Positions 1-9,460 of a stretch of 64,000 nt of DNA are shown one piece after another. A program made the translations under genes and the position numbers. Position 1 is the first letter of the stretch, and each line of letters starts with the position of its first letter. Under the pieces are notes generated by a model that worked only from the letters and a program-made list of their open reading frames with translations, had not been told where the DNA came from and made no database searches. Location of the stretch: contig OY762444.1 of NCBI GenBank assembly GCA_963665735.1, positions 2,187,547-2,251,546 of the forward strand, given 5' to 3'. Source of the DNA: Dehalococcoidia bacterium. Lineage in GTDB: Bacteria > Chloroflexota > Dehalococcoidia > Lucifugimonadales > UBA3495.

Positions 1-285
1 GTAGCCGACCTGGAGGCCGACCAAGTATGGACACTGGAAATAACCGGCCTCTAACCGCCCCGCCGTGGCCCGTAGTTTTGACGGCTGTCGCGGCAGCCGC
101 GGCAAAAGTCCCTTCCCCCTCGACGGGGGAAGGTTAGGATGGGGGTGAGCGCCAACGTAGTAGAATGTATCCCCATCCTGAACACCTCCCCATCGTTGGG
201 ACATAGACTTGGCAATCGTCCCGGCTACGCCAACCCCGACCGCCCCCTTAACATGAAAAACGGCATCCCCCAACGGGAACGACAT

Positions 286-400
286 CAAAAGTCCCTTCCC
301 CCTCGACGGGGGAAGGTTAGGATGGGGGTGACAGGTGCAAGGGTAAGATGGCCGTCACCCTCCCCAACGTCATTCCCGCGAAAGAGGGAATCCAAAATTC
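286..400. repeat. 115-bp composite repeat, copy 1 (CCCTTCCCCCTCGACGGGGGAAGG palindrome + GTCATTCCCGCGAAAG..GGAATCC hairpin unit)
   Basis: Essentially identical to 544..658 when read by eye. Built from two REP-type units. Confidence 0.85.
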
Positions 401-543
401 TAACAATGACAACATTCCTTTGACGGTCGTAGGGGCACGGCTTGCCGTGCCCCTACCCGGTCAATGACAAAGACCGTCAACCAAACATGGCTACGCCAAC
501 AGAACGATTGCAAAGTTGATAGGAGCAGCGTTGGAAGACATTC

Positions 544-658
544 CAAAAGTCCCTTCCCCCTCGACGGGGGAAGGTTAGGATGGGGGTGACAGGTGCAAGG
601 GTAAGATGGCCGTCACCCTCCCCAACGTCATTCCCGCGAAAGAGGGAATCCAAAATTC
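544..658. repeat. 115-bp composite repeat, copy 2
   Basis: Direct repeat of 286..400, period 258 bp. Confidence 0.85.
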
Positions 659-720
659 CACCGAATGACAAAGGCCGCCAACCAAACATGGGTCTGACAA
701 CCCCGACCGCCCTTTAACAC

Positions 721-750
721 GAAAAACGGCCTCCCATTGCGGGAGGCCGT
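721..750 (-). terminator. Rho-independent terminator after the IscA-like gene
   Basis: Minus strand reads ACGGCCTCCC-GCAAT-GGGAGGCCGT followed by TTTTT, about 30 nt after the stop at 781. Confidence 0.6.
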
Positions 751-780
751 TTCTTGTCAACCGTATTTCCGGCGGGGCGT

Positions 781-1155
781 TTAATGACCGTGGCCGCCGC
801 CGCAACCGCAGCCCCCGCCGCCGCAGCCGCAACCACCACTGCCGCAACCGCAGCCGCCGCCCGCGCTGGCGAACATGGGGTTGTTAATCACAAACCCCAC
901 CTGGCCGCCGAAATTCTCCACGTAGTCAATGGTGGCCTCTTCCAGGAACGGCGCGCTGTCCGAGTCCATCAGAAACTCCACGCCGTCCATGTTCAGCACC
1001 GTGTCATCGGGCTGCGTCTCGTTTTCCATGTGCAACATATACTGGAGGCCGCCATGCTCCGAGGGCATAGCCACCACCCGCAGGGCGTTGCTGCTGTCGC
1101 CGTCCTGTTCCATGACTTCCCTGAGTTTTTCGATGGCCAACGAAGTAACTTCCAT
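781..1155 (-). CDS. HesB/IscA-like Fe-S cluster insertion protein with atypical Cys/Gly-rich C-terminal tail
   Basis: From internal ATG (MEVTSLAIEKLREVMEQ...). The fold pattern is IscA-like (LRV.., IDYVE.., GF.I.NP). The tail is GGGCGCGSGGCGCGGGGCGCGGGHGH. Confidence 0.7.
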   Translation of the reverse strand: MEVTSLAIEKLREVMEQDGDSSNALRVVAMPSEHGGLQYMLHMENETQPDDTVLNMDGVEFLMDSDSAPFLEEATIDYVENFGGQVGFVINNPMFASAGGGCGCGSGGCGCGGGGCGCGGGHGH

Positions 1156-1433
1156 CTCGTTCCGCTCCCTGTCAAGCCAAAAATGCGGAAGTCTTTCAAC
1201 TTCTACTTCGCACAAGGCTAACACACCCCCTTCCCCCCCGTCAATTGAAACCCCCGCCGCGGACGATTGCAAAGTCGGCAGGAACAGTGTTGGGAAGCCT
1301 TCCAATAGTCCCTTCCCCCTTGACGGGGGAAGGTTAGGATGGGGGTGAGCGCCAACTCAGGGGAATGTATCTGTGTCCTGACCCGCCCCAACCGTCCCTT
1401 TCGGCTATCGCCCCGTAGGATTGGCGGTATCGG

Positions 1434-1847
1434 CTATCCCCCGTTGGCGGTGTTGAAACCCAAATGGCCGATGATGGGGTCGTAAATCATTTGCCAGTGG
1501 TGCAGTACGTCGCGGCCAAGCAGGGATGGAGCGTCGCGGTAGGGTGTCCCGAGGCCGGCTGCGTTTATGTCTATTTCGTAGCTTATGGACTCGCCGCTGT
1601 CGTTGAAAATCAGTTGCGCCCGTTGACGCACGTAAGGAGCGGTTCCTCCCACCCCCTGCATGGTGACCACCGGGCCGGTCAGTTGGTCTAAAGGAATTTC
1701 GAGGAAATGAACGTCTGCCGGATGCAGGGTTGTGGTTGACGCTCCCGTATCCACCAGGAACGCGATTTCTTCCAACCTGCCCGTGGCCGGAAGAAAGACC
1801 CACGCCTTGACGTAGGGGCGGTTGGAGTCGAAATATCCTGCAATCAC
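1434..1847 (-). CDS. Retropepsin-like (clan AA) aspartic protease, single domain
   Basis: Carries the LVDTGAST active-site motif. The GTG start overlaps the upstream stop as GTGA (4-nt overlap), and the C-terminal LLGRDVL is typical of small bacterial/archaeal retropepsins. Confidence 0.75.
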   Translation of the reverse strand: MIAGYFDSNRPYVKAWVFLPATGRLEEIAFLVDTGASTTTLHPADVHFLEIPLDQLTGPVVTMQGVGGTAPYVRQRAQLIFNDSGESISYEIDINAAGLGTPYRDAPSLLGRDVLHHWQMIYDPIIGHLGFNTANGG

Positions 1848-2158
1848 CAGGCTAGCAAGTGGGGTTCGGGATGTATATATCTGAGGATAATCCCCCTCCG
1901 CCCATCCGGTTCTCCCCGGGCGTCCCAAAGCTCGACCACCTCTTCCATCGAGTCCGCCATTTCCTCCAAACCGTTCCTGCTGAAAATCACCCACTTGCCG
2001 GCGTGTTCCTCGAAGAGCGCATCGTATTGTTCGCCGAACAACTTAATCGCCTTCGATGAGTTCTCGGACAGCCTTCGCATGGTGGCTTCGTCCAGAATTT
2101 TATGGAATTCGAACGGGGGCTTGAGTCGAACCACGGGCCGCCGATGGTCTTCCGTCAT
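1844..2158 (-). CDS. Small DUF5678-like protein, upstream partner of the protease
   Basis: ATG at 2158 preceded by GGGAG. The motif HAGKWVIFSRNG..EEV recalls DUF5678. Translationally coupled to 1434..1847. Confidence 0.6.
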   Translation of the reverse strand: MTEDHRRPVVRLKPPFEFHKILDEATMRRLSENSSKAIKLFGEQYDALFEEHAGKWVIFSRNGLEEMADSMEEVVELWDARGEPDGRRGIILRYIHPEPHLLAW

Positions 2159-2703
2159 ATCCGTAACTCCCAATCGGGAACCTTCCGGTTCCAACCATTC
2201 AAATCTTGTGCGTCATGGCCCATCGTAGCCGGGGAGGTTGCGCTGGTCAATGCCCTTTACTTCCGCCGTGTTGAGCGGCCCCACCCTTGCCGCAACCACC
2301 GTCATCACGGCCACCAACCCGTCATTCCGGCGAAAGCCGGAATCCAGAAATCCTAATCGCGAAGGCCGTCGCCATTCCCGAAAACTCTCCGCCAACCCGT
2401 AGGGGCGGGTTTGAAACCCGCCCGTCCTTCGCCCCAACCACCGTCATTCCCACCACCCAACCCGTCATTCCGGCGAAGGCCGGAATCCAGGAATCCCAAG
2501 CCAACAACACCGTCCCCTAACCGCAGAAATTTTAAGCCTTTCCTCCATTCCCGGAGACAACTGAAAGACCCTGCACGGCGGCGACATCGCAAGTAGGGGT
2601 AAACCTTGTGGTTGCCCCCGGTGTCGGAACAACTCCCATTGTACGGAGTCACGCCAACCGCATTGCAACGCTGCCAGCGGCGTATTTCCAGGACGGTTGC
2701 AAC

Positions 2704-2731
2704 GTAGGGGCGCACGGCCGTGCGCCCCTAC
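2704..2731. repeat. 28-bp perfect palindrome GTAGGGGCGCACGGCCGTGCGCCCCTAC (REP family B), example copy
   Basis: The same 28-mer also occurs at 6920, 11817, 45506 and 53304. Variants occur at 429 and 55104. Confidence 0.9.
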
Positions 2732-2764
2732 ACCGTTGGCGTTGACACCGTTGCTCGGTGGGCG

Positions 2765-5458
2765 TCACCCCCCCAACTGCGAAATAATCTCCTCCAAACG
2801 GCGGGTCTGGTCCGTCAGCGAGCGGAACCGTTCCTCTTCGTTCTGCACCACTTCCGGCTTGGCCTTGGCCCGGAAGTTGGGATTGGAGACCAAGTTTTCC
2901 ACCCGCGCCAGGTTCTTGCGGGCGTTGTCCAGTTCCCCCTCCAACCGCTGCCGCTCCGCCGACAGGTCAATCACCCCCTCCAACGGCAGCCGCACCACCA
3001 GCGGATTGACCACCAGCGTCACGCCGTTCATGGCGTCGGACGCGGGAGAATCGCCGCTCAGGACTTGCAGCGGCTCCACCCGCGAAAGGGCTTGAATCAC
3101 CTGCGCCTCTTCCTCAATGGCCTGCTGGAACCCGTCGGCCTGCACCTGCGCCGGCAAGGGCCGGTCTGCCGGGATGCGTAGCTGCGCGCGGGTGTTGCGG
3201 ACGGCCCGAATGGCCTGCATCACCAGGTTGACCTCTTCCTCCGCCTGCCGGTCAGCCCGCGGCGGCTGGGCTTGCGGATACGGCGCAATCATTATCGAGG
3301 CCGGCCGGTCTCCCTCCGACGGCAGCCGGGCCATCAGGTTCTGCCAGATTTCTTCGGTGATGAAGGGCATGAACGGATGCAGCAACCGCAGCGTCCGCTC
3401 CAGCACGTGCGCCAGCACCGGCAGCGGCGACGGCCCAACGCCGGAGCGCAGCCGTATCTTCGCCATTTCAATGTACCAGTCGCAGAAGTCGTTCCACACA
3501 AATTCGTACAACTTCTGCTGCGCCTCGCCCAACTCGAAACTTTCCAGGGCCTCGCCGACTTCCACCGTCACCCGGTCCAGCCGGCTGACAATCCAGCGGT
3601 CTTCCCGGTGTTCCAGCGCGGGAAGGTCGCTCCAGCCCTCCAACGCCGTCTGTCCCTCCAGCCCCGTCATCACGTAGCGGGCGGCGTTCCAAACCTTGTT
3701 GGCGAAGTTGCGCGCTGCCTCCAGCTTGCCCTCGGTAATCCGCAGGTCATTGCCGGGGGCCGTGCCGGTGGTCAGGGCGAACCGCAGGGCGTCGGTGCCG
3801 TAAAGCTCAATCAAGTCCAGCGGGTCCAGCGTGTTGCCGCGGGTCTTGCTCATCTTCGCGCCCTGGGCGTCCCGCACCAGACCGTGCAGGTAAACCGTGC
3901 GGAAGGGAATGTCCCCGGTGTTCTCAATGCCCATCATTATCATGCGGGCAATCCAGAAAAACAGGATGTCGTACCCCGTCTCCATGACCGTCGTGGGGTA
4001 GAAGTAGCCCAGGTCATCGGAATCATCGGGCCAGCCCAGCGTCGAATGGGGCCACAACCCGGAACTGAACCAGGTATCCAGCACGTCCGGGTCTTGCCGC
4101 AAATCCTCCGCGCCGCAGTTGGGGCAGCCGGTCAGGTCGTCAATAGACGCGATGGGGTCGGGACAGGCGGCGCAGTACCACACCGGTATTCGGTGGCCCC
4201 ACCACAGTTGACGGCTGATGCACCAGTCGCGAATGTTTTCCAGCCAGTTCAGATAGACCCGGCTGAAACGGTCGGGAACCATCTTGATGTCGCCGTTGGC
4301 TACGGCGGCGTGGGCCCGCCCGGCGATGCTGGCCGGGTCGTCGTGCTTGCCCACGTTCAGGAACCATTGCAGGCTGATTAGCGGTTCCACCACGGCGTCG
4401 CAGCGCTGGCAGTGGCCGACGGAGTGGTTGTAGTCCTCCACCTTTTCCAGCGCTCCCAGCGATTCCAGTTCGGCGGCCACCTCCCGGCGGGCCTGGAACC
4501 GTTCAACGCCGGCGTACTTGCCGGCGGCGGCGGTCAGGTTGCCGTCAAAACCGATGATGTTGATGATTTCCAACCCCTGCCGTTCCCCGATTTCAAAGTC
4601 CAGCAGGTCATGGCCGGGAGTGACTTTCAACGCCCCGGTGCCGAACTCCATGTCCAGCGCGGCGTCGGCCACCACCGGGATGGGCCGTTCCATGATGGGC
4701 AGAATGACTTGCCGCCCCACCAGGTCTTGATAGCGGGAATCGTCGGGATGCACCGCCACGCCGGTATCCCCCAGCATGGACTCCGGGCGGGTGGTGGCGA
4801 CGGTGATAGACCCGCCGGAACCGTCGGCCAGCGGATATTTAATGTGGTACAGCTTGCCGTCGGTCTCTTCGTACTCAACTTCCAGGTCTGACAGGGCCGT
4901 GGCGCAGCGGGGACACCAGTTGATGATGCGCTCGTGGCGGTAGATTAGCCCCTTGTTGTAGAGGTTGACAAAGGTGGTGCGGACGGCCAGAGCCGGCCCC
5001 GGGTCCAGGGTAAAGCGCAGCCGCGACCAGTCGCAGGACGCCCCCAGCCGCTTGTGCTGTTCGTCAATGGTGTTGCCGTATTGGGCCACCCACTCCCACA
5101 CCCGTTCCAAAAACTTTTCCCGCCCCAGGTCGTGACGGGACAGCCCTTCCTCGGCCAGCAGCCGCTCCACGACCCATTGGGTAGCGATGCCGGCGTGGTC
5201 TTTGCCGGGCAGCCACAGGGCCGCGTCGCCCATCATGCGCCGCCAGCGGCAAAGGGCGTCCTCGATAGAGGCGGTCAGGGCATGGCCCAGGTGCAGTTCG
5301 CCGGTGACGTTGGGCGGCGGCATGATGATGCAGAAGGGCTGCTTGTCCGGGTCAACGTCGGGAGTGAAATAGCCCTGGTCCTGCCACTGCTGGTAAACCC
5401 GCGGCTCGACGCTGGCGGCGTTATAGGCGCGGGGAATCTGGGAGGCGTTAGCGGTCAT
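2765..5458 (-). CDS. valS: Valine--tRNA ligase
   Basis: 897 aa with HIGH-type motif (PPPNVTGELHLGHA), KMSKS motif (KMSKTRGN) and a ValRS-like C-terminal coiled coil. Confidence 0.97.
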   Translation of the reverse strand: MTANASQIPRAYNAASVEPRVYQQWQDQGYFTPDVDPDKQPFCIIMPPPNVTGELHLGHALTASIEDALCRWRRMMGDAALWLPGKDHAGIATQWVVERLLAEEGLSRHDLGREKFLERVWEWVAQYGNTIDEQHKRLGASCDWSRLRFTLDPGPALAVRTTFVNLYNKGLIYRHERIINWCPRCATALSDLEVEYEETDGKLYHIKYPLADGSGGSITVATTRPESMLGDTGVAVHPDDSRYQDLVGRQVILPIMERPIPVVADAALDMEFGTGALKVTPGHDLLDFEIGERQGLEIINIIGFDGNLTAAAGKYAGVERFQARREVAAELESLGALEKVEDYNHSVGHCQRCDAVVEPLISLQWFLNVGKHDDPASIAGRAHAAVANGDIKMVPDRFSRVYLNWLENIRDWCISRQLWWGHRIPVWYCAACPDPIASIDDLTGCPNCGAEDLRQDPDVLDTWFSSGLWPHSTLGWPDDSDDLGYFYPTTVMETGYDILFFWIARMIMMGIENTGDIPFRTVYLHGLVRDAQGAKMSKTRGNTLDPLDLIELYGTDALRFALTTGTAPGNDLRITEGKLEAARNFANKVWNAARYVMTGLEGQTALEGWSDLPALEHREDRWIVSRLDRVTVEVGEALESFELGEAQQKLYEFVWNDFCDWYIEMAKIRLRSGVGPSPLPVLAHVLERTLRLLHPFMPFITEEIWQNLMARLPSEGDRPASIMIAPYPQAQPPRADRQAEEEVNLVMQAIRAVRNTRAQLRIPADRPLPAQVQADGFQQAIEEEAQVIQALSRVEPLQVLSGDSPASDAMNGVTLVVNPLVVRLPLEGVIDLSAERQRLEGELDNARKNLARVENLVSNPNFRAKAKPEVVQNEEERFRSLTDQTRRLEEIISQLGG

Positions 5459-5610
5459 GGCGTAAGTTCCTTCGGAAAGGCTTGGATGCTGTCAGGAATG
5501 GTTTGGTTGGCGGTAATCCGGGAAGAGATTGCGACAATCGCAAATATATCACCGCCGCAACAAAACCGTCTATGCGGCAGCCAGCCTGCACGACGCGACT
5601 ATGCGCTTAA

Positions 5611-6204
5611 CTACGAATCCATCGGTTTGCCGCAGACTCCTTTTTGTCCCTCCGCTTGACGCCCCCTAATCCATGCTATGAATTCTTCTACTAACCATTC
5701 AGGGAATTTGACCTTGTAGCCAGGTCCTGTCTTAAACAGGTTCCATCCCCGGAATTCAGGGAGAAGCGGGCCGCTTCCGCCCCAGTATATGAAATCACCG
5801 CTGATAAGCACACGGTCAACTGATGTGTCTTTTTCCATTTCACTTGATTCACAGTGGTACGCGGGAATCTCCTGGCACCAGCTGCCGGTCTCATAATCGA
5901 ATTGATAAATGTTGTCTCCGCAGGACTCTGTAGGGTCTCCATCCAGGTTTGGCCTTTTTGCCAGAAAGCGCTCATCCCTCCAATACTCGTCAAACGTCAG
6001 AACCTCAGTGACTCGCATGGCGTAGGAGATATGATTGCCACGCCACTTACCCCTTGCATCTGAGCCGGTACCCATTATCCAGTCTCCAACCTCAGCGCGC
6101 CCACGGATCTGACCCTTGCAACAGGCCAAGGTGCAAAAGCCATGATAGGGGTTTGGGGCGAACCCCGTATCCCAGCGCAACACGTATGAATACAGCTTGG
6201 TCAT
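5611..6204 (-). CDS. Hypothetical protein, possibly Nmad2-like (nucleotide-modification-associated domain 2)
   Basis: ATG at 6204 preceded by AGGTGGAA. N-terminus is MTKLYSYVLRWDTGFAPNPYHGFCTLACCKGQIRGRAEVGDWIMGTGS. The family name is recalled, not searched. The segment is locally AT-richer. Confidence 0.6.
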   Translation of the reverse strand: MTKLYSYVLRWDTGFAPNPYHGFCTLACCKGQIRGRAEVGDWIMGTGSDARGKWRGNHISYAMRVTEVLTFDEYWRDERFLAKRPNLDGDPTESCGDNIYQFDYETGSWCQEIPAYHCESSEMEKDTSVDRVLISGDFIYWGGSGPLLPEFRGWNLFKTGPGYKVKFPEWLVEEFIAWIRGRQAEGQKGVCGKPMDS

Positions 6205-6449
6205 TTCCACCTGCTTGACGGTTTTCCATACGCTTGATGGATACCGTAACACTCTGGGTAACGATGGGAAGTCAATAGAGAATTGCAACCCCCTCTTTTT
6301 GCCACTTGAGAGGGTCGCATTTATCGGGTGTTCCGGTTTGCCCAAGTGGTGGTTGTCCGTTTTGGGGACGCGCGGGCGTTGCCGTATATGTCCCAGGTCT
6401 GGGGTCAAACAGCCTGGGGAGGTCTGAACCATTCCAGCGTCAAGCGCCG

Positions 6450-6806
6450 TCAGTACCGCTTGGCTGCCACCGGAATCAGCTCATTGTTCACCGGGTCCAC
6501 GGCCAGCAGGGCGTCTTCCAGGGTGATTACGCCCAGCAGGCTGGGCTCTCCCTCCTCAGCGAAGATTACCGGGGTGATGAGTTCAGCGCCTTCCAGCCGG
6601 ATGCTGGCGTAGCCTACCTGGGCCGGTTTTTCGCTGCCGTCGGCCAGTCGTGCGGCGACGGTCCTGCTGACCGGCACTCCCAAGGCCTCCAGTATGCCCC
6701 TGGGCAATGCCGTGTAGGTAGAGCCGGTGTCCACTTCCACATCTACGCTCCGGGAATTTCTCCCCTGGAGGTCTGCCACTTCTATTGTTGCGGTTATCGC
6801 TCCCAT
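6450..6806 (-). CDS. Retropepsin-like (clan AA) aspartic protease, second copy
   Basis: Has the VDTGSTYTALP motif. ATG at 6806 is preceded by GGGAGG at a 6-nt spacing. The frame stays open upstream to 6911, so the start is uncertain. Confidence 0.7.
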   Translation of the reverse strand: MGAITATIEVADLQGRNSRSVDVEVDTGSTYTALPRGILEALGVPVSRTVAARLADGSEKPAQVGYASIRLEGAELITPVIFAEEGEPSLLGVITLEDALLAVDPVNNELIPVAAKRY

Positions 6807-7053
6807 TTCACGCCTCCCGTTGCCCGTATTTTCTTTTTCCGCGAGGAGTTTCGCAATTGTCTCTTGGGCCGGCAGTCGGGATTGCATTTCCCCCACAACC
6901 GCCCTCGTCATCAGCGTCCGTAGGGGCGCACGGCCGTGCGCCCCTACGTCCCTGACCTGAGACACCGGCCAAGCCAACCGGCGGTCTTGGCACAAAAGAC
7001 CCCACCCCCACCCGTAGGGACAACCCTTGAGGTTGCCCTGGCCGGACTTACGC

Positions 7054-7488
7054 CTACCCCGGTTCCGCCAAAAAAACCGGAATTTTGCGGGAAGTGCGGC
7101 CCTGGTACTCTTCGTAGGGCGGGTAGGCGGCCACCGCCAAGTCCCACAAGCGCGCCCGTTCCCCGTCGTCTCGGACTTCCCGGACTTGCATGGCATAGAC
7201 CTGCGCCTCGTCCCGGATTTCAACGCTGGCCTCGGCCCGCAGGTTGTAAACCCAGGACGGATTTTTCGGCGCGCCGCCCTGGGAACCCACCAGCACGTAG
7301 TTGTCGCCGTCCTTGACGCGCATCAGCGGGGTCTTGCGGATGGCCCCGGTCTGGTTGCCCGTGTTGGTGACGATGATGACGGGCAGCCCGGTATCGCGCA
7401 GCGTGGTTCCCTGGGCGCCGCCGCTGCCTTCGTAAAGTTCCACCTGCTCGCGCACCCAGTCCCTGGTTGATGGTATATATTCGGCCAT
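7054..7488 (-). CDS. Deazaflavin (F420)-dependent nitroreductase family protein (DDN-like)
   Basis: 144 aa. Matches the PF04075 pattern as I recall it: ..PLMRVKDGDNYVLVGSQGGAPKNPSWVYNL.. and ..YEEYQGRTSRKIPVFLAEP. Confidence 0.8.
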   Translation of the reverse strand: MAEYIPSTRDWVREQVELYEGSGGAQGTTLRDTGLPVIIVTNTGNQTGAIRKTPLMRVKDGDNYVLVGSQGGAPKNPSWVYNLRAEASVEIRDEAQVYAMQVREVRDDGERARLWDLAVAAYPPYEEYQGRTSRKIPVFLAEPG

Positions 7489-7940
7489 GATTTTCCGTCT
7501 CCTCCGTTGCGGGTTAATGGTTATGGCGTCAATGATACCGGGATTCGGGGTTAAGGACTACTGCCCTGCCTCCACGACGCCTACCGTCATTCCCGCGAAA
7601 GCGGGAATCCAAAATCCTCGCCAGAGCCGGCCTTGGCCCCCGAATAACCGTCATACCGGCGTAGGCCGGTATCCAGGATTCCTTGCCCTTATGGACGCTG
7701 TTCTATGCTTGCAATTTCTGGATTCCGGCTTTCGCCGGAATGATGGTGGAGGGCGGGCCGGAATGATGGTGGGGGCTACCGCCATGTCACTCCGGACTTC
7801 CACCTGTCACCCTGAACTTCCCCCATGTCACCCTGAACGAAGTGAAGGGTCTAAAATCCTTCGGGAAAGGCGGCGTTGGATAAGGCAAGAATTTTGGATT
7901 CTTCGCTCTGCTCAGAATGACGTGGAAGGACTGAGGAATG

Positions 7941-9182
7941 TCACCCCCGCGGGTTCCCATCCCCCCAAGGCACGTCGGGCAGGCCCCGCTGCCGCCGCAG
8001 TTCGTTGACGGTGACGACGCCCCGGTCCAGCAACTGCATCTCCCGGTTGACCCGCTGGGTTTCGTCTTCCTGCAACGCCTCAATCGTAGTCAGGTCAAAC
8101 TCCAGCCGCAGCTCCGGGTAGCCCAGCCGGGGCAGCAGTTGGCGGTTCAACTGCTCTTCCAGGAATTTCAGTTCCGGCACAATCGTGTTGCGCCAGAACA
8201 TCCGCTCCGCGATGTTGATGTTGGCGAAGGTGGCCCGCTCCAGGTCGGCCAGCAGCGGCTTGGGAACGCCAAAGGCCCGGCTGACTTCCTCCAGACTCCA
8301 CCGCAACCCCTGAATGAAGTCCATTTCCCGGTGGTTGAAACCCAGCGTCTTGATGTCGCGGATGAAGTTGGCGATGGCCGGGCGGTGGGCCTGGCCGGCG
8401 CCCCGGTAGCGGGACTCCCAACGGTCGTAGAAGTCGGCGATTTCGGCGTCGGTCATGGTTTCGTCGGTGAGAATCACAAAATCCGGCTGGGCCGAGTTGC
8501 GGAAAAAGTCGCGGTTGAACCGCATCCCGTCGCCGCCCATGTCCACCGACAGCCGGGCCGGGGTCAACGGCGACATTCCGGCGTACTCTTCCAACGGGTT
8601 GAAGTAGCGCAGCCAGACCACTTCGTCGGGGTTGTAGGCCACCGGCCCGCGGGGGCTGTGGTACACGAACCCCCGCACGTGGCGGCGGTCGTCGGGAATG
8701 ACCCGGACCCGGTCAGGACGCAAAGGCCACACCTGCCAAGGCTGGCTGGCCCCGCGTTCCAACGCCCAGAAAGCCGAACCCCACAGGTTCAGATGGATTT
8801 CCGTCGCCCGCCACAGGTCGCCGTGGCTGCTCCACGGGTTGACTTCCCGCGCCAACCGCAGGACGGGGTGCGAAACATCCGTCACTTCCACGGCGGAACC
8901 GTCGCCGGGGCGCAAGAGCCGCAGGGGAGGGCGGCTTACCGCGTCGGCCCGCAGCTTGACGGCGGCATACACCGGAACCGACGAGGCGTAGTAGAGGCCC
9001 AAATCGGCCCGCGGCTGGACTTCCCCGGCCCCGAACAGCCCGGCAAATGAAAACAATTCCGAGGCGGTGGCCGGGTGCGCCTTGGCCCGCCGGTCGGGTA
9101 CGTCGTGGGTACGGCCCCGGGCCGCGGGAGCCACCGGACGGAAAGGCTTGGGCAGCAGGTGGGTCAAAAGATTGCTTTTCAT
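7941..9182 (-). CDS. Phage portal protein (HK97-type)
   Basis: 413 aa with typical portal blocks (..FWALERG.., ..DFFRNSAQPDFVL.., ..ANINIAERMFW..). Confidence 0.8.
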   Translation of the reverse strand: MKSNLLTHLLPKPFRPVAPAARGRTHDVPDRRAKAHPATASELFSFAGLFGAGEVQPRADLGLYYASSVPVYAAVKLRADAVSRPPLRLLRPGDGSAVEVTDVSHPVLRLAREVNPWSSHGDLWRATEIHLNLWGSAFWALERGASQPWQVWPLRPDRVRVIPDDRRHVRGFVYHSPRGPVAYNPDEVVWLRYFNPLEEYAGMSPLTPARLSVDMGGDGMRFNRDFFRNSAQPDFVILTDETMTDAEIADFYDRWESRYRGAGQAHRPAIANFIRDIKTLGFNHREMDFIQGLRWSLEEVSRAFGVPKPLLADLERATFANINIAERMFWRNTIVPELKFLEEQLNRQLLPRLGYPELRLEFDLTTIEALQEDETQRVNREMQLLDRGVVTVNELRRQRGLPDVPWGDGNPRG

Positions 9183-9460
9183 GTTTATAGTTTCCTTTCT
9201 TTCTTATGGGGTTTGACCCCCTCTCCGGCCCTCCCCCTGGTAGGGGGCGGTGCGATAGACATTCCTGTCTGTCGCGCCACGGGGAGGTTCATCAGGATTT
9301 CTGGATTCTGGTTCCTTCGGATACGCCCAGGACAGGTTTCGCCGGAATGACGGTGCATCCTTTAATGGCTATTTGTTTTCGATAAGGTTTTTTTGGTTGG
9401 GGTTTTCACCCCCTCCCCCTACTAGGGGGAGGGTTGGGGAGGGGGTCTCCCTCGGTATTT

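Noticed and set aside
1-54. Possible 3' end of a plus-strand gene (..VADLEADQVWTLEITGL*)
   Set aside because: Only 17 codons are visible at the window edge, which is not enough evidence to call it.
5459-5610. T-box leader upstream of valS (also checked upstream of leuA, 14313-14583)
   Set aside because: No GGGUGGUACCGCG-like T-box sequence or terminator/antiterminator pair is visible on the minus strand in either region.
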